From: a virus
DNA length: 41,805 nucleotides
Reading direction: 5' to 3' (one strand)
IMG/VR virus record: IMGVR_UViG_3300045950_000203
Coordinates: 1 to 41,805 of that record
Part shown: in pieces, positions 1 to 8,769 of the stretch
How the letters are laid out: each line of letters begins with the position of its first letter
Numbering within the stretch: the first letter of the stretch is position 1
The notes under the pieces: model-generated
Told to the model about the DNA's origin: nothing
Database searches by the model: none
Seen by the model: the letters and a program-made list of their open reading frames with translations, nothing else
Made by a program: the position numbers and the translations under genes

Positions 1-127
1 TCAAAGTAAAATCTGTATTTTTGGCGTTATTCGCTGTGCCTGGTGCAGCAGAATCCACCGAAGTAGGAGCTGGATAGGCAGCGGTATAATCTCCGCTTCC
101 CTTAATACTTACGCCTAGTCGGCAGTT
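1..127. repeat. Terminal direct duplication, identical to 41679..41805. The contig closes into a 41678-bp circle or circular permutation.
   Basis: Exact identity read at both window ends (tcaaagtaaaatctgta...gcctagtcggcagtt). 127 nt is also a typical assembler k-mer overlap. Confidence 0.95.
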
Positions 128-3100
128 GCCAGTTGTAACACTTGCTGTCCAAATGATTCTGAAAGTTACACTTGTTGCAGGGGCAACAAAGGAAACCTCT
201 GCGGAGAGCGTAGAACCATCGGCAAAATCTAAAGTCCGAACCCGATCGTCACCTGTTCCGATAGTTCCTAGAACTGCGGGCGCGGCGAAGAAGAGCGATG
301 CTTCTTCAGGATTCATCGATTTGAAAATGTCACCATTGGGGCCCTGAACTGAATCACGAGAAATATATCTGCCTTGGGCTTGAGCGGTATCTGTAGCCTG
401 AATAATTCCGTCAATGGTTCGCAACCGACGATCGGCTACAGGAGAGGCATCCTGATCATTTAGCTCAACATCTTTGAACTCATTGACTGTGCCTGTAAAA
501 TTATTTGATTCATCTTCGTAAGCAACAGCAGCCGGTAATTCTGTTTTTGTTAAGAGTTCAAGAGAAAGTCTAGAAATATATCGTCCCTCCGCTTGAGCGG
601 TATCCGTAGCTTTGATGATCCCATCTATGGTTCTAAGCCGGCGATCTGCAATGGGGGTAGCATCCTGATCGTTCAGTTCAACATCTTTAAACTCATTGAC
701 TGCACCTGTAAAGTTGTTCGCTTCATCTTCATAGGCAACGGCGGCAGGAAGCTCCGTTTTTGTTAAGAGTTCAAGCGATGTCTTGGAAATGTATCTTCCT
801 TCAGTCTGAGTACCATCGGTTGCTTTCAGAATACCATCGATATTTCGAAGCCGGCGAGCACCTACCGGTGTAGCGTCTTGATCGGTAAAGACAACATCTT
901 TGAATTCATTCGTTGCGCCTGTAAAAACGTTTGCTTCATCTTCATAGGCAACAGCAGCGGGCAGCTCCGTTTTAGAAAGGAGTTCAAGAGATGCTTTACT
1001 GATATATCTTCCTTCGGCTTGAGTACCGTCGGTCGCTTTAATAATTCCGTCAATATTTCGCAGGCGACGGGCACCGACAGGTGTAGCATCTTGATCTGTG
1101 AGGACGAGGTCTTTTACCTCCTGGGTTGCTCCAGTGAAAACGTTAGCTTCGTCTTCATAAGCCAAAGCAGCAGGAAGTTTAGAACGGGTTGTAATACCTG
1201 TTGCATCGATTTTAGCATCGGAAACAGCGCTAGCAGCAAGTTTGGCGTTGGTAATTGCTAAGTCACGGATATGATCAGTTGTGACAGCTCGGTTAGCATC
1301 TGTCGTTGCATCATCTTTGAGCTTGGTAGCATCGACTGCGTCATTTGCCAATGCCGCAGTATCAACGACTCCCGCGGCAAATTGAGCACTCGCAGAAACT
1401 CCGCCTGTAGCGATTTTACCAGCAGTTACGGCGGCCGCGGCTAACTTTGCAGAGGTAACTGCCAGGTCGCGGATATGATCCGTGGTTACCGCTCGATTCG
1501 CATCGGTTGTTGCATCATCTTTGAGCTTCGTTGCGTCTACGGCATCGTTGGCGAGCGCCGCAGTATCCACTACGCCAGCTAAAAACTGATTACTTGCGGA
1601 AATTCCACCTACTGCGATTTTTCCCGCGGTTACAGCCCCCGCGGCTAATTCAAGTGAGCCTACGCCTGAAGCTGCAATTTTAAGCCCTGTTGGACTTTTA
1701 GCAAGCGTTGTGCCATCGAGTTTGACAGTTACGGCATCGGGATCTACCTGGATACCATCACCTGCTCCGACTGCAAGAGCTGTTCCATTTCCTCCGGTTA
1801 AACCTCCTCCGGCTACACTAGTATTAAGCTTAGCTTCAGTAACGGCTTGAGAAGCTAATTCAGTAGTACCCACTGAACCAGGTCCCAAAGCAGCAGCGGC
1901 TTGCCCTGCAACAATAGGAATCCCAAGACCAGATTTGACAGGTACATTATTAAGCGTAAAAACTTCGGGGACCGCTAAAGCAGCATTTGTCAAAGAAGTA
2001 TCTGGGGTAAAGGGAGTTTCAAAGCCGTCGCTTGCTCGACGATAATAAAACCACAAACGCCATTTAAGATCAACACCTAAATCAGACCGATAGGAAAGAT
2101 ACCCATAAACTCTTGCGTTAATATCAGCACCGGTTGCTGTGCTTAACACATCTTTAAGTAAAACATCATCTCCATCGGCTTTTTGAAGGAGCACTGTAAT
2201 ATCAGTTTGCCCTGGAAAGTCCGTTGAATTATAGGGTTGATTTGATGCTGCCGCAGAACCAAGTCCAGCTTGTGTAGCCGCTGTGCCTGTTTCTGCGGCA
2301 GCAGTTGCAAAGCTTCCCGCCACAACGCCATCGGTGCCGTTTCCGTTGATAGCACCCCCTGCCACTTTCCCAGTGAAAAGCGAATCTGCCAGAGAAAGAG
2401 GCTGTGCTGTACCAGTGGTGAGTGTAGAAGAAACAGTTACATAGGCAGAGGCTCGTTTTGCATCGGTAAGCAGGTTTGTAGCGTCACTCGCAAGTTTTGC
2501 TTTTGTGACTTGAGCATTTCCAATAGCAGCAGTATCAATGACTCCTGCCGCAAACTGTCCGGCCGCTGAAATACCTCCTGTAGCAATTTTTCCTGCTGTT
2601 ACGGCACTTGCTGCCAATTTTGCACTGGTAATCGCTAGGTCGCGAACATGGTCCGTGGTTACAGCTCTGTTGGCGTCAGTTGTTGCATCGTCTTTGAGTT
2701 TCGTTGCATCGACGGAATCGGCCGCCAACGCGGCGGTATCGACAACTCCAGCAACAAACTGGTTGGATGCGCTTATGCCACCTACTGCGATTTTTCCTGC
2801 TGTTACGGCACTTGCGGCTAGTTTTGCACTTGTGACCGCCAGATCGCGAATATGGTCAGTGGTAACTGCCCGATTTCCATCGACAGTTGCATCGTCTTTG
2901 AGTTTGGTAGCATCGACGCTATCGTTAGCGAGTTCAGTTGTTGTAATTCCAGCAGAAGCAACTTTAAGACCTGTAGCAGAAACCGACAATGTTGTTCCAT
3001 CAAGCTTATGTTCAAGCCCTTTGTTAACTGCATCAAACTGAAGTCCTGCGTCCGTTTCGAGTTTAACTGCTACATCATTGGCGGCAACTGCAATACCATC

Positions 3101-4129
3101 ACCAGCTCCAACAGCAAGTGGTGATCCATTTCCTCCTGTAAGCCCTGCACCGGCAACACTAGTATGAAGTTTCGCCTCAGTGACAGCTTGAGCGAGAATC
3201 ATAGAGGTTACAATACCGTCGGTTGGGATTGAGACCTCGTTAGCGGTTGCAGCAAGTCCTGCTCCTACTCCTACGGCTAGAGGTTGTCCTCCTCCTCCTG
3301 TAAGTCCTGTTCCTGCAACTGAAGCGGCGAGCTTCGCTTCTGTAACCGCGCTGTCTCGGATATGGTTTGTGGTAACCGCTCGGTTTGCATCCGTTGTTGC
3401 GTCATCCTTGAGTTTCATTGAGTCAACGGAATCGTCAGCTAATTTTGCCGTGGTTACAGCGAGATCTCGAAGATGATTTGTGGTGACGGCACGATTAGCA
3501 TCTGTAACTGCATCATCTTTGAGTTTAGCTGAATCAACTGAGTCGTCAGCTAATTTTGCCGTGGTTACCGCTAAAGCAGCAAGCTCAGTTGTTGTAACTC
3601 CATCCGTGTTGATTTTTAGACCATTTACTCCTTTGGCAAGTGTTGTACCATCTAACTTGACAGTAACCGAATCTGCATCAACTTGGATTCCATTCCCTGC
3701 GCCGACATCCAAAGTAGAACCGGTTAAAGTAAGACCTGCCCCAGCAGTATAACTTCCTGTTGCGCCTACATCTCCTGCAACTCCAAGTTTCCAGTCAGCA
3801 AAAGTTCCCGAACCACCAGTTTGATTGACGTTAAGGGTAACGCTAGTTGCGTCCAATGCAGTAATCTGGCCTTCCATGTAATTCGCAACATTAGCATTAC
3901 TAGCGGCGCGAATCCGCATTCCGACAATCCATCCTCCATTAGTAAAGGCAACAGTAAAAGAAAAAACTTTAGAACCAGTACCAATGGTAAAGGAAGTAGT
4001 GGAATCACGCGTCATTTGAGCATTGATTCCGTTACTTCCAGGAGAACCGGCTGCTCCGGTTGCTCCGGTTGCTCCTGCTGGTCCTGCTGGTCCTGGAGTA
4101 CCTAATTCAACCACAGTTACATCGGCCAT
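1..4129 (-). CDS. Giant modular collagen-like fibre protein, N-terminal part. ATG is at 4129..4127. The frame runs open off the window start and resumes at 41678..41566. The full product is 1413 aa.
   Basis: Hand translation of the minus strand gives MADVTVVELGTPGPAGPAGATGATGAAGSPGSNGINAQ... with no in-frame stop down to base 1. 4129+113 nt = 4242 = 3x1414 codons, ending at TAA 41568..41566. It is missing from the ORF track only because it has no stop inside the window. Confidence 0.85.
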   Translation of the reverse strand, partial: MADVTVVELGTPGPAGPAGATGATGAAGSPGSNGINAQMTRDSTTSFTIGTGSKVFSFTVAFTNGGWIVGMRIRAASNANVANYMEGQITALDATSVTLNVNQTGGSGTFADWKLGVAGDVGATGSYTAGAGLTLTGSTLDVGAGNGIQVDADSVTVKLDGTTLAKGVNGLKINTDGVTTTELAALAVTTAKLADDSVDSAKLKDDAVTDANRAVTTNHLRDLAVTTAKLADDSVDSMKLKDDATTDANRAVTTNHIRDSAVTEAKLAASVAGTGLTGGGGQPLAVGVGAGLAATANEVSIPTDGIVTSMILAQAVTEAKLHTSVAGAGLTGGNGSPLAVGAGDGIAVAANDVAVKLETDAGLQFDAVNKGLEHKLDGTTLSVSATGLKVASAGITTTELANDSVDATKLKDDATVDGNRAVTTDHIRDLAVTSAKLAASAVTAGKIAVGGISASNQFVAGVVDTAALAADSVDATKLKDDATTDANRAVTTDHVRDLAITSAKLAASAVTAGKIATGGISAAGQFAAGVIDTAAIGNAQVTKAKLASDATNLLTDAKRASAYVTVSSTLTTGTAQPLSLADSLFTGKVAGGAINGNGTDGVVAGSFATAAAETGTAATQAGLGSAAASNQPYNSTDFPGQTDITVLLQKADGDDVLLKDVLSTATGADINARVYGYLSYRSDLGVDLKWRLWFYYRRASDGFETPFTPDTSLTNAALAVPEVFTLNNVPVKSGLGIPIVAGQAAAALGPGSVGTTELASQAVTEAKLNTSVAGGGLTGGNGTALAVGAGDGIQVDPDAVTVKLDGTTLAKSPTGLKIAASGVGSLELAAGAVTAGKIAVGGISASNQFLAGVVDTAALANDAVDATKLKDDATTDANRAVTTDHIRDLAVTSAKLAAAAVTAGKIATGGVSASAQFAAGVVDTAALANDAVDATKLKDDATTDANRAVTTDHIRDLAITNAKLAASAVSDAKIDATGITTRSKLPAALAYEDEANVFTGATQEVKDLVLTDQDATPVGARRLRNIDGIIKATDGTQAEGRYISKASLELLSKTELPAAVAYEDEANVFTGATNEFKDVVFTDQDATPVGARRLRNIDGILKATDGTQTEGRYISKTSLELLTKTELPAAVAYEDEANNFTGAVNEFKDVELNDQDATPIADRRLRTIDGIIKATDTAQAEGRYISRLSLELLTKTELPAAVAYEDESNNFTGTVNEFKDVELNDQDASPVADRRLRTIDGIIQATDTAQAQGRYISRDSVQGPNGDIFKSMNPEEASLFFAAPAVLGTIGTGDDRVRTLDFADGSTLSAEVSFVAPATSVTFRIIWTASVTTGNCRLGVSIKGSGDYTAAYPAPTSVDSAAPGTANNAKNTDFTL
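340..1186 (-). repeat. Four tandem repeats of about 213 nt (71 aa) inside the fibre gene.
   Basis: The unit ELPAAVAYEDEANxFTGAxNEFKDVxxxDQDAxPxxxRRLRxIDGIxxATDxxQxxGRYISxxSLELLxKT is read four times. DNA landmarks (g/a)aaat(a/g)tatc recur at about 361, 574, 786 and 1001. Confidence 0.85.
1235..1660 (-). repeat. Two tandem repeats of about 204 nt (68 aa) inside the fibre gene. This is pair A, related to pair B at 2520..2925.
   Basis: The unit is AVDATKLKDDATTDANRAVTTDHIRDLAxTxAKLAAxAVTAGKIAxGGxSAxxQFxAGVVDTAALAN. gtc(a/g)cggatatgatc recurs at 1262 and 1466. Confidence 0.8.
2520..2925 (-). repeat. Two tandem 68-aa repeats (pair B), paralogous to 1235..1660. Shorter 38-aa relatives lie at about 3355..3580.
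   Basis: The same amino-acid unit is read twice. gtcgcgaacatggtc is at 2639 and gatcgcgaatatggtc at 2841. Confidence 0.8.
4028..4102 (-). repeat. Collagen-like Gly-X-Y x8 tract at the fibre N-terminus.
   Basis: GTP GPA GPA GAT GAT GAA GSP GSN G read on the minus strand. Confidence 0.9.
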
Positions 4130-4139
4130 GATTCTATCC

Positions 4140-4484
4140 TCAAACTTGCGTTACAGATCTGGAAATCGTGATTTTTCCTTGAAAAACTCTTTGCTTTTGT
4201 CCTCCAGGAGCTACAAGGAGAACATCATAAACTCCACTGGTTGCTTGAGTCAATCCAGCAGTTTGTGCTGCGGTAAGTTTCGCATCAAATTTTCCATTAA
4301 CTGCATCGGTAACGACAATTGTAAAATCAAACCACTTTGCTGTAGCTCCATAAGCTGTACGGGCAGTAGAATAAATTGAATAGCCTGTAATATTTAAAGC
4401 AGTAGTGGCATTTTGTTTTAGAGTGACATTCATCAAATAATCAGCATGTTGCTCGATTGTAATGTCTTTAGTTGCAGCGCCCAT
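4140..4484 (-). CDS. Small beta-sandwich (Ig/BppU-N-like) virion protein, paralogue of 40719..41093.
   Basis: 114-aa ORF. Its C-terminal motif ATSGVYDVLLV..QKQRVFQGKITISRSVTQV matches ATAGVYDIEMT..ISRILQGTVEFLPEVTV of the other ORF. It is the first gene of the leftward late operon. Confidence 0.6.
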   Translation of the reverse strand: MGAATKDITIEQHADYLMNVTLKQNATTALNITGYSIYSTARTAYGATAKWFDFTIVVTDAVNGKFDAKLTAAQTAGLTQATSGVYDVLLVAPGGQKQRVFQGKITISRSVTQV

Positions 4485-4593
4485 TTTTTTTTCTTGACTC
4501 TTTTTTTTTCTTGATTTATGATAGTTTCAACGTTAAATTATTTAACATCAAAAAGAGTATCAGAACTTTTTTTAAATTGCAAGAAAAAAAAAC
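4485..4593. promoter_or_regulatory. Divergent control region between the two late operons. It contains a dyad GTTAAAT-t-ATTTAAC (4532..4546) and a tandem TTTTTTTTTCTTGA(C/T)T repeat.
   Basis: 109-bp AT-rich gap between the divergent genes 4484(-) and 4594(+). A possible + promoter is TTGATT 4511-16 / 17 nt / TAAATT 4534-39, overlapping the dyad. The same 23-mer recurs at 29852-29874. Confidence 0.5.
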
Positions 4594-5631
4594 ATGTCTG
4601 CAAAATCAGCAAAAGAAACTCCTTGGTTTGAAGTTTTTAAAACCGGAAAACATGTTGATCGAGATGGAAAAGAAGAAAACTTTTCTGAAGCAGATTTAGA
4701 TCAACTTGTTAAGAACTATGAAATAGGAGAACATGCTGCTCCTATATGGGCAGGAAAAAAAGCGCCTAATATTCTAGGTCATATCTTACCAAAGGAGAAT
4801 GCTCCTCGATACGGAGTTGTTAGCTCTCTAAAACGGGAAGGTGATAAATTACTGGCTAAAATCAAGGATTATCCATCTGAGTTTGCTGATTGGCTGAATC
4901 AAAAGCTTTATCATGAGCGATCTATTGCTATAGTGAAGGACCCTGAAAGGGGTTGGCTTTTAGAACATTTAGGTTGGTTAGGAGCAGTCCCACCTGCTAT
5001 TAAAGGATTAGCCGATCCTAATTTTGAGTTCTCTTTCGATAATGACTCCACAGTTCATTGCTTTTTTCAGCAGCAAGAGAAAACCATGAAAGAAGAATCT
5101 AAAGATTTTGACAATAATTTTGAGAAAAGATTCCAAGAACAGGAAAAACGGATTGAAGCTCTTAATAAAGCTATTTTAGCTCGTGAAGCAGAGATCAAAG
5201 AGGAAAGAACAAAACGAATTCGTTCTGAATTTTCAGCTTTTGTTGATTCTCTTTCTTCTTCTGAGAATCCTCGAATTTTGCCAAAAGAAAAATCAGATAT
5301 TGTGGATTTTCTCATGATTTTTTCGTCAATAAATTCCTATGCTTTTTCTTCATCAGGAACAACAAAATCTCCTGTGGTGAAATTTCAAGAGTTTCTTCAA
5401 GGTTTACCTAATAGATTACATTTCAAAGAGATTGCTACAAAACAAGAAGCAGAAGAGGAAATTCCAGAACTTCCAAAGGACGAGGAGTTTAAAGGAACTG
5501 TAAATCCCGAACTAGCTGTTTTAGATAGGAAGGCATTCGCTTTTTCTAAGAAACATAATATCTCTTATCTAGCGGCATTAAAAATTATTCGGTCGGGACA
5601 AACATCTCTTTATGAAAAGGGGAATAAATAA
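4594..5631 (+). CDS. Prohead protease/scaffold (Mu gpI-like).
   Basis: 345 aa. The N-terminal half resembles the Mu I protease family (WFEVFKTGKHVD..G....FSEADLDQLV). The coiled-coil K/E-rich C-terminal half suggests a scaffold. It lies immediately upstream of the capsid gene. Confidence 0.6.
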   Translation: MSAKSAKETPWFEVFKTGKHVDRDGKEENFSEADLDQLVKNYEIGEHAAPIWAGKKAPNILGHILPKENAPRYGVVSSLKREGDKLLAKIKDYPSEFADWLNQKLYHERSIAIVKDPERGWLLEHLGWLGAVPPAIKGLADPNFEFSFDNDSTVHCFFQQQEKTMKEESKDFDNNFEKRFQEQEKRIEALNKAILAREAEIKEERTKRIRSEFSAFVDSLSSSENPRILPKEKSDIVDFLMIFSSINSYAFSSSGTTKSPVVKFQEFLQGLPNRLHFKEIATKQEAEEEIPELPKDEEFKGTVNPELAVLDRKAFAFSKKHNISYLAALKIIRSGQTSLYEKGNK

Positions 5632-6563
5632 TGGCGGATCGGCTTAGTAAACTACGTGTTGTTGATCCAGTTTTATCTCGACTGGCAAGGGGATATAGTA
5701 ACAATGCTGCTGTGATGCAATTCGCTTTACCTCAAGTACCAGTTCCAAAGTTAACAGGAATCATTCCTCAGTTCACTAAAGAGTCCTTCAAGATTTATGA
5801 GACTCTGCGGGCTCCGCGAGCAACAACAACTCGGAGAATAAATCCTGAAGATCGAACGACCTTAACCTTCCGATTGGAAGAGCATGAGCTTGAATATCCG
5901 ATTGATTGGATGGAAGAGCATGAGGATATGTTTCCTCTCCAACAACATGCGATGCTGACAGTTACGGAAGCAATGGCCGTAAAACAAGAAAAACTTGCAG
6001 CCGATTTAGTTTTTGATGCTACCCAATACGATGCTTCCCATGTTCGGACTTTATCAGGTACGGCTCAATGGAATGATGCCGCTTCTAAACCGATTAAAGA
6101 CATTAAGGACATGAAAGAGACTCTTCGAGAGACTATAGGTCGGAATCCTAATAGTTATGTTGGAATCATGGGACCTAAAGTTTTTGCTAATCTAACTGAA
6201 CATGCGTCTTTTCTTGATGTAATCAAATATACTCAAACAGGTATTGTTACCTTAGAATTGATGAAAAATAAGCTTGAGTTAGCTCAGTTACATGTTGGAT
6301 ATATGGTTTATGCTGAGGATGATGGAACTTTCAAAGATGTAATCGGTAAAGACATGTGGATTGGATATGTTCCTCAGTTAGATCCTCAACTGCGCTCTCC
6401 CTATAATCCATCCTTCGGATATACCTTAATGATGGAAGGTTGGGCACCAATCGATAGATATACTGAAAAAAATAAAGTAGAAATTGTGCGATCCACCGAA
6501 GTTTTCAAACATGTAATCCTGGGTAAGGAAGCTGGAGTTCTAATCAAAAACGCAGTGGCCTAG
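5631..6563 (+). CDS. Major capsid protein (HK97-fold, Mu gpT/lambda gpE-like).
   Basis: 310 aa, start overlapping the protease/scaffold stop, with the position and size typical of a capsid gene. Confidence 0.75.
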   Translation: MADRLSKLRVVDPVLSRLARGYSNNAAVMQFALPQVPVPKLTGIIPQFTKESFKIYETLRAPRATTTRRINPEDRTTLTFRLEEHELEYPIDWMEEHEDMFPLQQHAMLTVTEAMAVKQEKLAADLVFDATQYDASHVRTLSGTAQWNDAASKPIKDIKDMKETLRETIGRNPNSYVGIMGPKVFANLTEHASFLDVIKYTQTGIVTLELMKNKLELAQLHVGYMVYAEDDGTFKDVIGKDMWIGYVPQLDPQLRSPYNPSFGYTLMMEGWAPIDRYTEKNKVEIVRSTEVFKHVILGKEAGVLIKNAVA

Positions 6564-6571
6564 AACAAAAC

Positions 6572-6817
6572 ATGAAATATCGAGTAAAAAATTGTGAATT
6601 TCAACGCCACTCAAAATTATATAAACCAGGAGATATTGTTGAAGTTCCTCAAACTGAAGCGCGAAATTTAACGACATTCTTAGAACCTCTTTCTACAGAA
6701 GAACAAAATTTACCATCTAATCCTTCAATGGAAGAAGAGGAAGAGGAAAATTGGCCAGAATTTGAATCGGAACCCGAACCAAGAGGAAGAAAGAGCGGAA
6801 AAGGAAAACGTAAATGA
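6572..6817 (+). CDS. Hypothetical head-module protein with an acidic C-terminal tail.
   Basis: 81-aa ORF in operon context. The acidic run is SMEEEEEENWPEFESEPEP. Confidence 0.5.
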   Translation: MKYRVKNCEFQRHSKLYKPGDIVEVPQTEARNLTTFLEPLSTEEQNLPSNPSMEEEEEENWPEFESEPEPRGRKSGKGKRK

Positions 6818-7206
6818 GAACTTATTTTCCCTTTCATACACGATCCATTGCTCCATCTGGTACTGTAGGAGCTGTCCTTGCTAAAGAGCGCTTTATCGGT
6901 TTTGATGGAGCACTTTGTGGATTAGGAAAAAAGGCTTTTGGAGTATCCGATGCGGATACTGAAGTACCTAAAGCTGGTGAAAATAACATGATGCCTGTTG
7001 TTGTTTCCGGTGAAGTGAATGTTCTAGTAGGAGCAACAATTTCTTGGACGGGTTCGGATTTTTATGCAAAAGTGACAAGTGATGCGAACGGTCAGGCGAT
7101 TCCACAAGGGACAGGACAAGAACTTAATGGTTATGCAATTCGACCGAATTCAGCAACTACCTCTGTTAATGCTGGTAGCTACGTGCTGGTAAGGTTAGTT
7201 TACTAA
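6814..7206 (+). CDS. Head decoration/cement protein (DUF2190-like).
   Basis: 130 aa, translationally coupled (ATGA overlap). The small beta-rich protein following the capsid gene resembles the DUF2190 family. Confidence 0.5.
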   Translation: MRTYFPFHTRSIAPSGTVGAVLAKERFIGFDGALCGLGKKAFGVSDADTEVPKAGENNMMPVVVSGEVNVLVGATISWTGSDFYAKVTSDANGQAIPQGTGQELNGYAIRPNSATTSVNAGSYVLVRLVY

Positions 7207-7646
7207 TGCCTAATTATTTTGAATTATCAGATTTAAAGTCTGCTCTTTCAGAGGAAATTTTGCTTGATCTTACTGATGAAAAGGGAGAAGGTCAAATTTC
7301 AGAAAAAAAAGTTGCTTATTTCAGAGGGCGAGCTGAGAATCTAGTAAATGGATTCGTTCGAGGTAATCCTGATATTCCCTTTCCATTTACTACAATTCCA
7401 CCTCTCATTAGAGATCTTGCAGTTGAGGCAGCTCGAATTGATCTTCTTAAGGCACGATATTTGACGGATTTACCGGAAAGCTTGCTTAAAGATGAAGAGT
7501 TACTTTTGAGGAAACTAACAAATTTACAGTCGGGACGAATAAATTTAGGATTGGGTGCAGGTGATTTTACTAAAACAACTGAATTTCGCATAAACAAAAC
7601 AGCAACTAATCGAGTTTTTACTAACACTGAACTAGCAAAATGGTAA
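7206..7646 (+). CDS. Head-tail connector (DUF1320, Mu gp36-like).
   Basis: 146 aa. The N-terminal YFELSDLKSALSEEILLDLTDE pattern and the position are typical of DUF1320. Confidence 0.6.
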   Translation: MPNYFELSDLKSALSEEILLDLTDEKGEGQISEKKVAYFRGRAENLVNGFVRGNPDIPFPFTTIPPLIRDLAVEAARIDLLKARYLTDLPESLLKDEELLLRKLTNLQSGRINLGLGAGDFTKTTEFRINKTATNRVFTNTELAKW

Positions 7647-8104
7647 GCAGCGAAGAAGCAATTGAATTAGTTTTAAAGCGAGAGGGAGAATATTATCGTG
7701 ATTCTGAAACAGGAGAAGAATCACGATGGGGAATCGATAAGCGATCTTATCCAGATGCTAAAATTGAAACCCGAGAAGATGCAAAGGAATTCTACAAGAA
7801 ATTTTACTGGTTATCGATTTATGAAAAGATCGAATCGCAACGAGTAGTTAATTTAATTTTTTCTTTAGCTGTTAACATGGGACATGCGCAGGCTCATAAA
7901 TTAGTACAAAGGGCCTTGAATGAGCAAGGGGCGAATTTAGTAGTTGATGGTGTTTTTGGTCCTAAAACGCTTGAAGCTGTTAATAATGTTGTTTTGTTGG
8001 GAATTAAGGAGAAAGCTAGAGCATTTTATCGTTACTTGGCAGCTAATAATCCGGTACACACGAAACATCTTAAAGGCTGGTTAGCAAGAATCGAGAATAT
8101 TTGA
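7640..8104 (+). CDS. Endolysin (GH108 lysozyme-like N-domain plus PG_binding_3-like C-domain).
   Basis: REGEYYRDSETGEESRWGIDKRSYPD resembles the GH108 EGGY..D..DxGG.T.yGI motif. VVDGVFGPKTLEAVN resembles a peptidoglycan-binding repeat. Confidence 0.65.
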   Translation: MVSSEEAIELVLKREGEYYRDSETGEESRWGIDKRSYPDAKIETREDAKEFYKKFYWLSIYEKIESQRVVNLIFSLAVNMGHAQAHKLVQRALNEQGANLVVDGVFGPKTLEAVNNVVLLGIKEKARAFYRYLAANNPVHTKHLKGWLARIENI

Positions 8105-8757
8105 TGCCAACATCCCCAGTAATTAAAATAGGAAAGCAAGAATATCATGATCCTACAACTATTTCTGCTTTAATCACTGGAATTAAGGAAAGATTAGTCC
8201 TTTTTACTAAGGAATTAGGTGCTAAAGTTGAAGACTGGCCGGAAGATCCCATCGAGTATTGGAAGAGTTTCCAACATCCCAAAGGAGCTTATTTAGTTCA
8301 TTTCCGTGGATCAGATTTTAGCGACTCCAGAACTCTCGATTTCATCCATCAAGAAGAAACGATCGAGATGTTAATTGCAGTTTGTCGCCGACATGTTCGT
8401 CAGAAAAATTATCAACTAAACGCAATCAATATGCTTGAAATTGCTAAATTCGCATTAACTGGATTTCAAGTACCAGGATTTAGCAGACTTTATCCAACAA
8501 AGCGAATTACACTTGAGCCGACATCCGGAGAGGGACTTTATGGAGTTCTCTTTTATGGAATTCTATTTCAAACCAAAACTCCGGCAGTTCAATTGATAGA
8601 TCCGCTTCTCAAAGTCAAACTTAAAAAACTGATTTTTGATGCTTCCTTTGAAACAGGAACTCCATTTGAGCAATTTATCGTTCCTTCAACAGAAACAGGA
8701 ATTAGTGAAGGAGTTAAACCTCCTCCTCCAGTTCCTCCTCCTCCTCCGCAACCATGA
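8101..8757 (+). CDS. Hypothetical virion protein (neck/tail-completion position) with a proline-rich C-terminus.
   Basis: 218-aa ORF between the connector/lysin and the sheath. It ends KPPPPVPPPPPQP. Confidence 0.45.
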   Translation: MMPTSPVIKIGKQEYHDPTTISALITGIKERLVLFTKELGAKVEDWPEDPIEYWKSFQHPKGAYLVHFRGSDFSDSRTLDFIHQEETIEMLIAVCRRHVRQKNYQLNAINMLEIAKFALTGFQVPGFSRLYPTKRITLEPTSGEGLYGVLFYGILFQTKTPAVQLIDPLLKVKLKKLIFDASFETGTPFEQFIVPSTETGISEGVKPPPPVPPPPPQP

Positions 8758-8769
8758 AGGGATTAAACC

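Noticed and set aside
1-4129. Suspected stop-codon reassignment or a non-coding 4-kb region, because the ORF track shows only short ORFs here.
   Set aside because: Hand translation of the minus strand gives one open standard-code frame from ATG 4129 to the window edge. The track simply omits ORFs that lack a stop inside the window. All other long genes also read in the standard code.
126-4379. Track ORFs 126..347, 862..1089, 878..1261, 2143..2355, 2270..2569, 2538..3041, 2818..3036, 2852..3124, 3480..3752, 3766..4008, 3821..4105 and 4023..4379.
   Set aside because: All are antisense or off-frame within the giant fibre gene. They are low-complexity products of its repeats (A/S/V-rich), and none has an SD.
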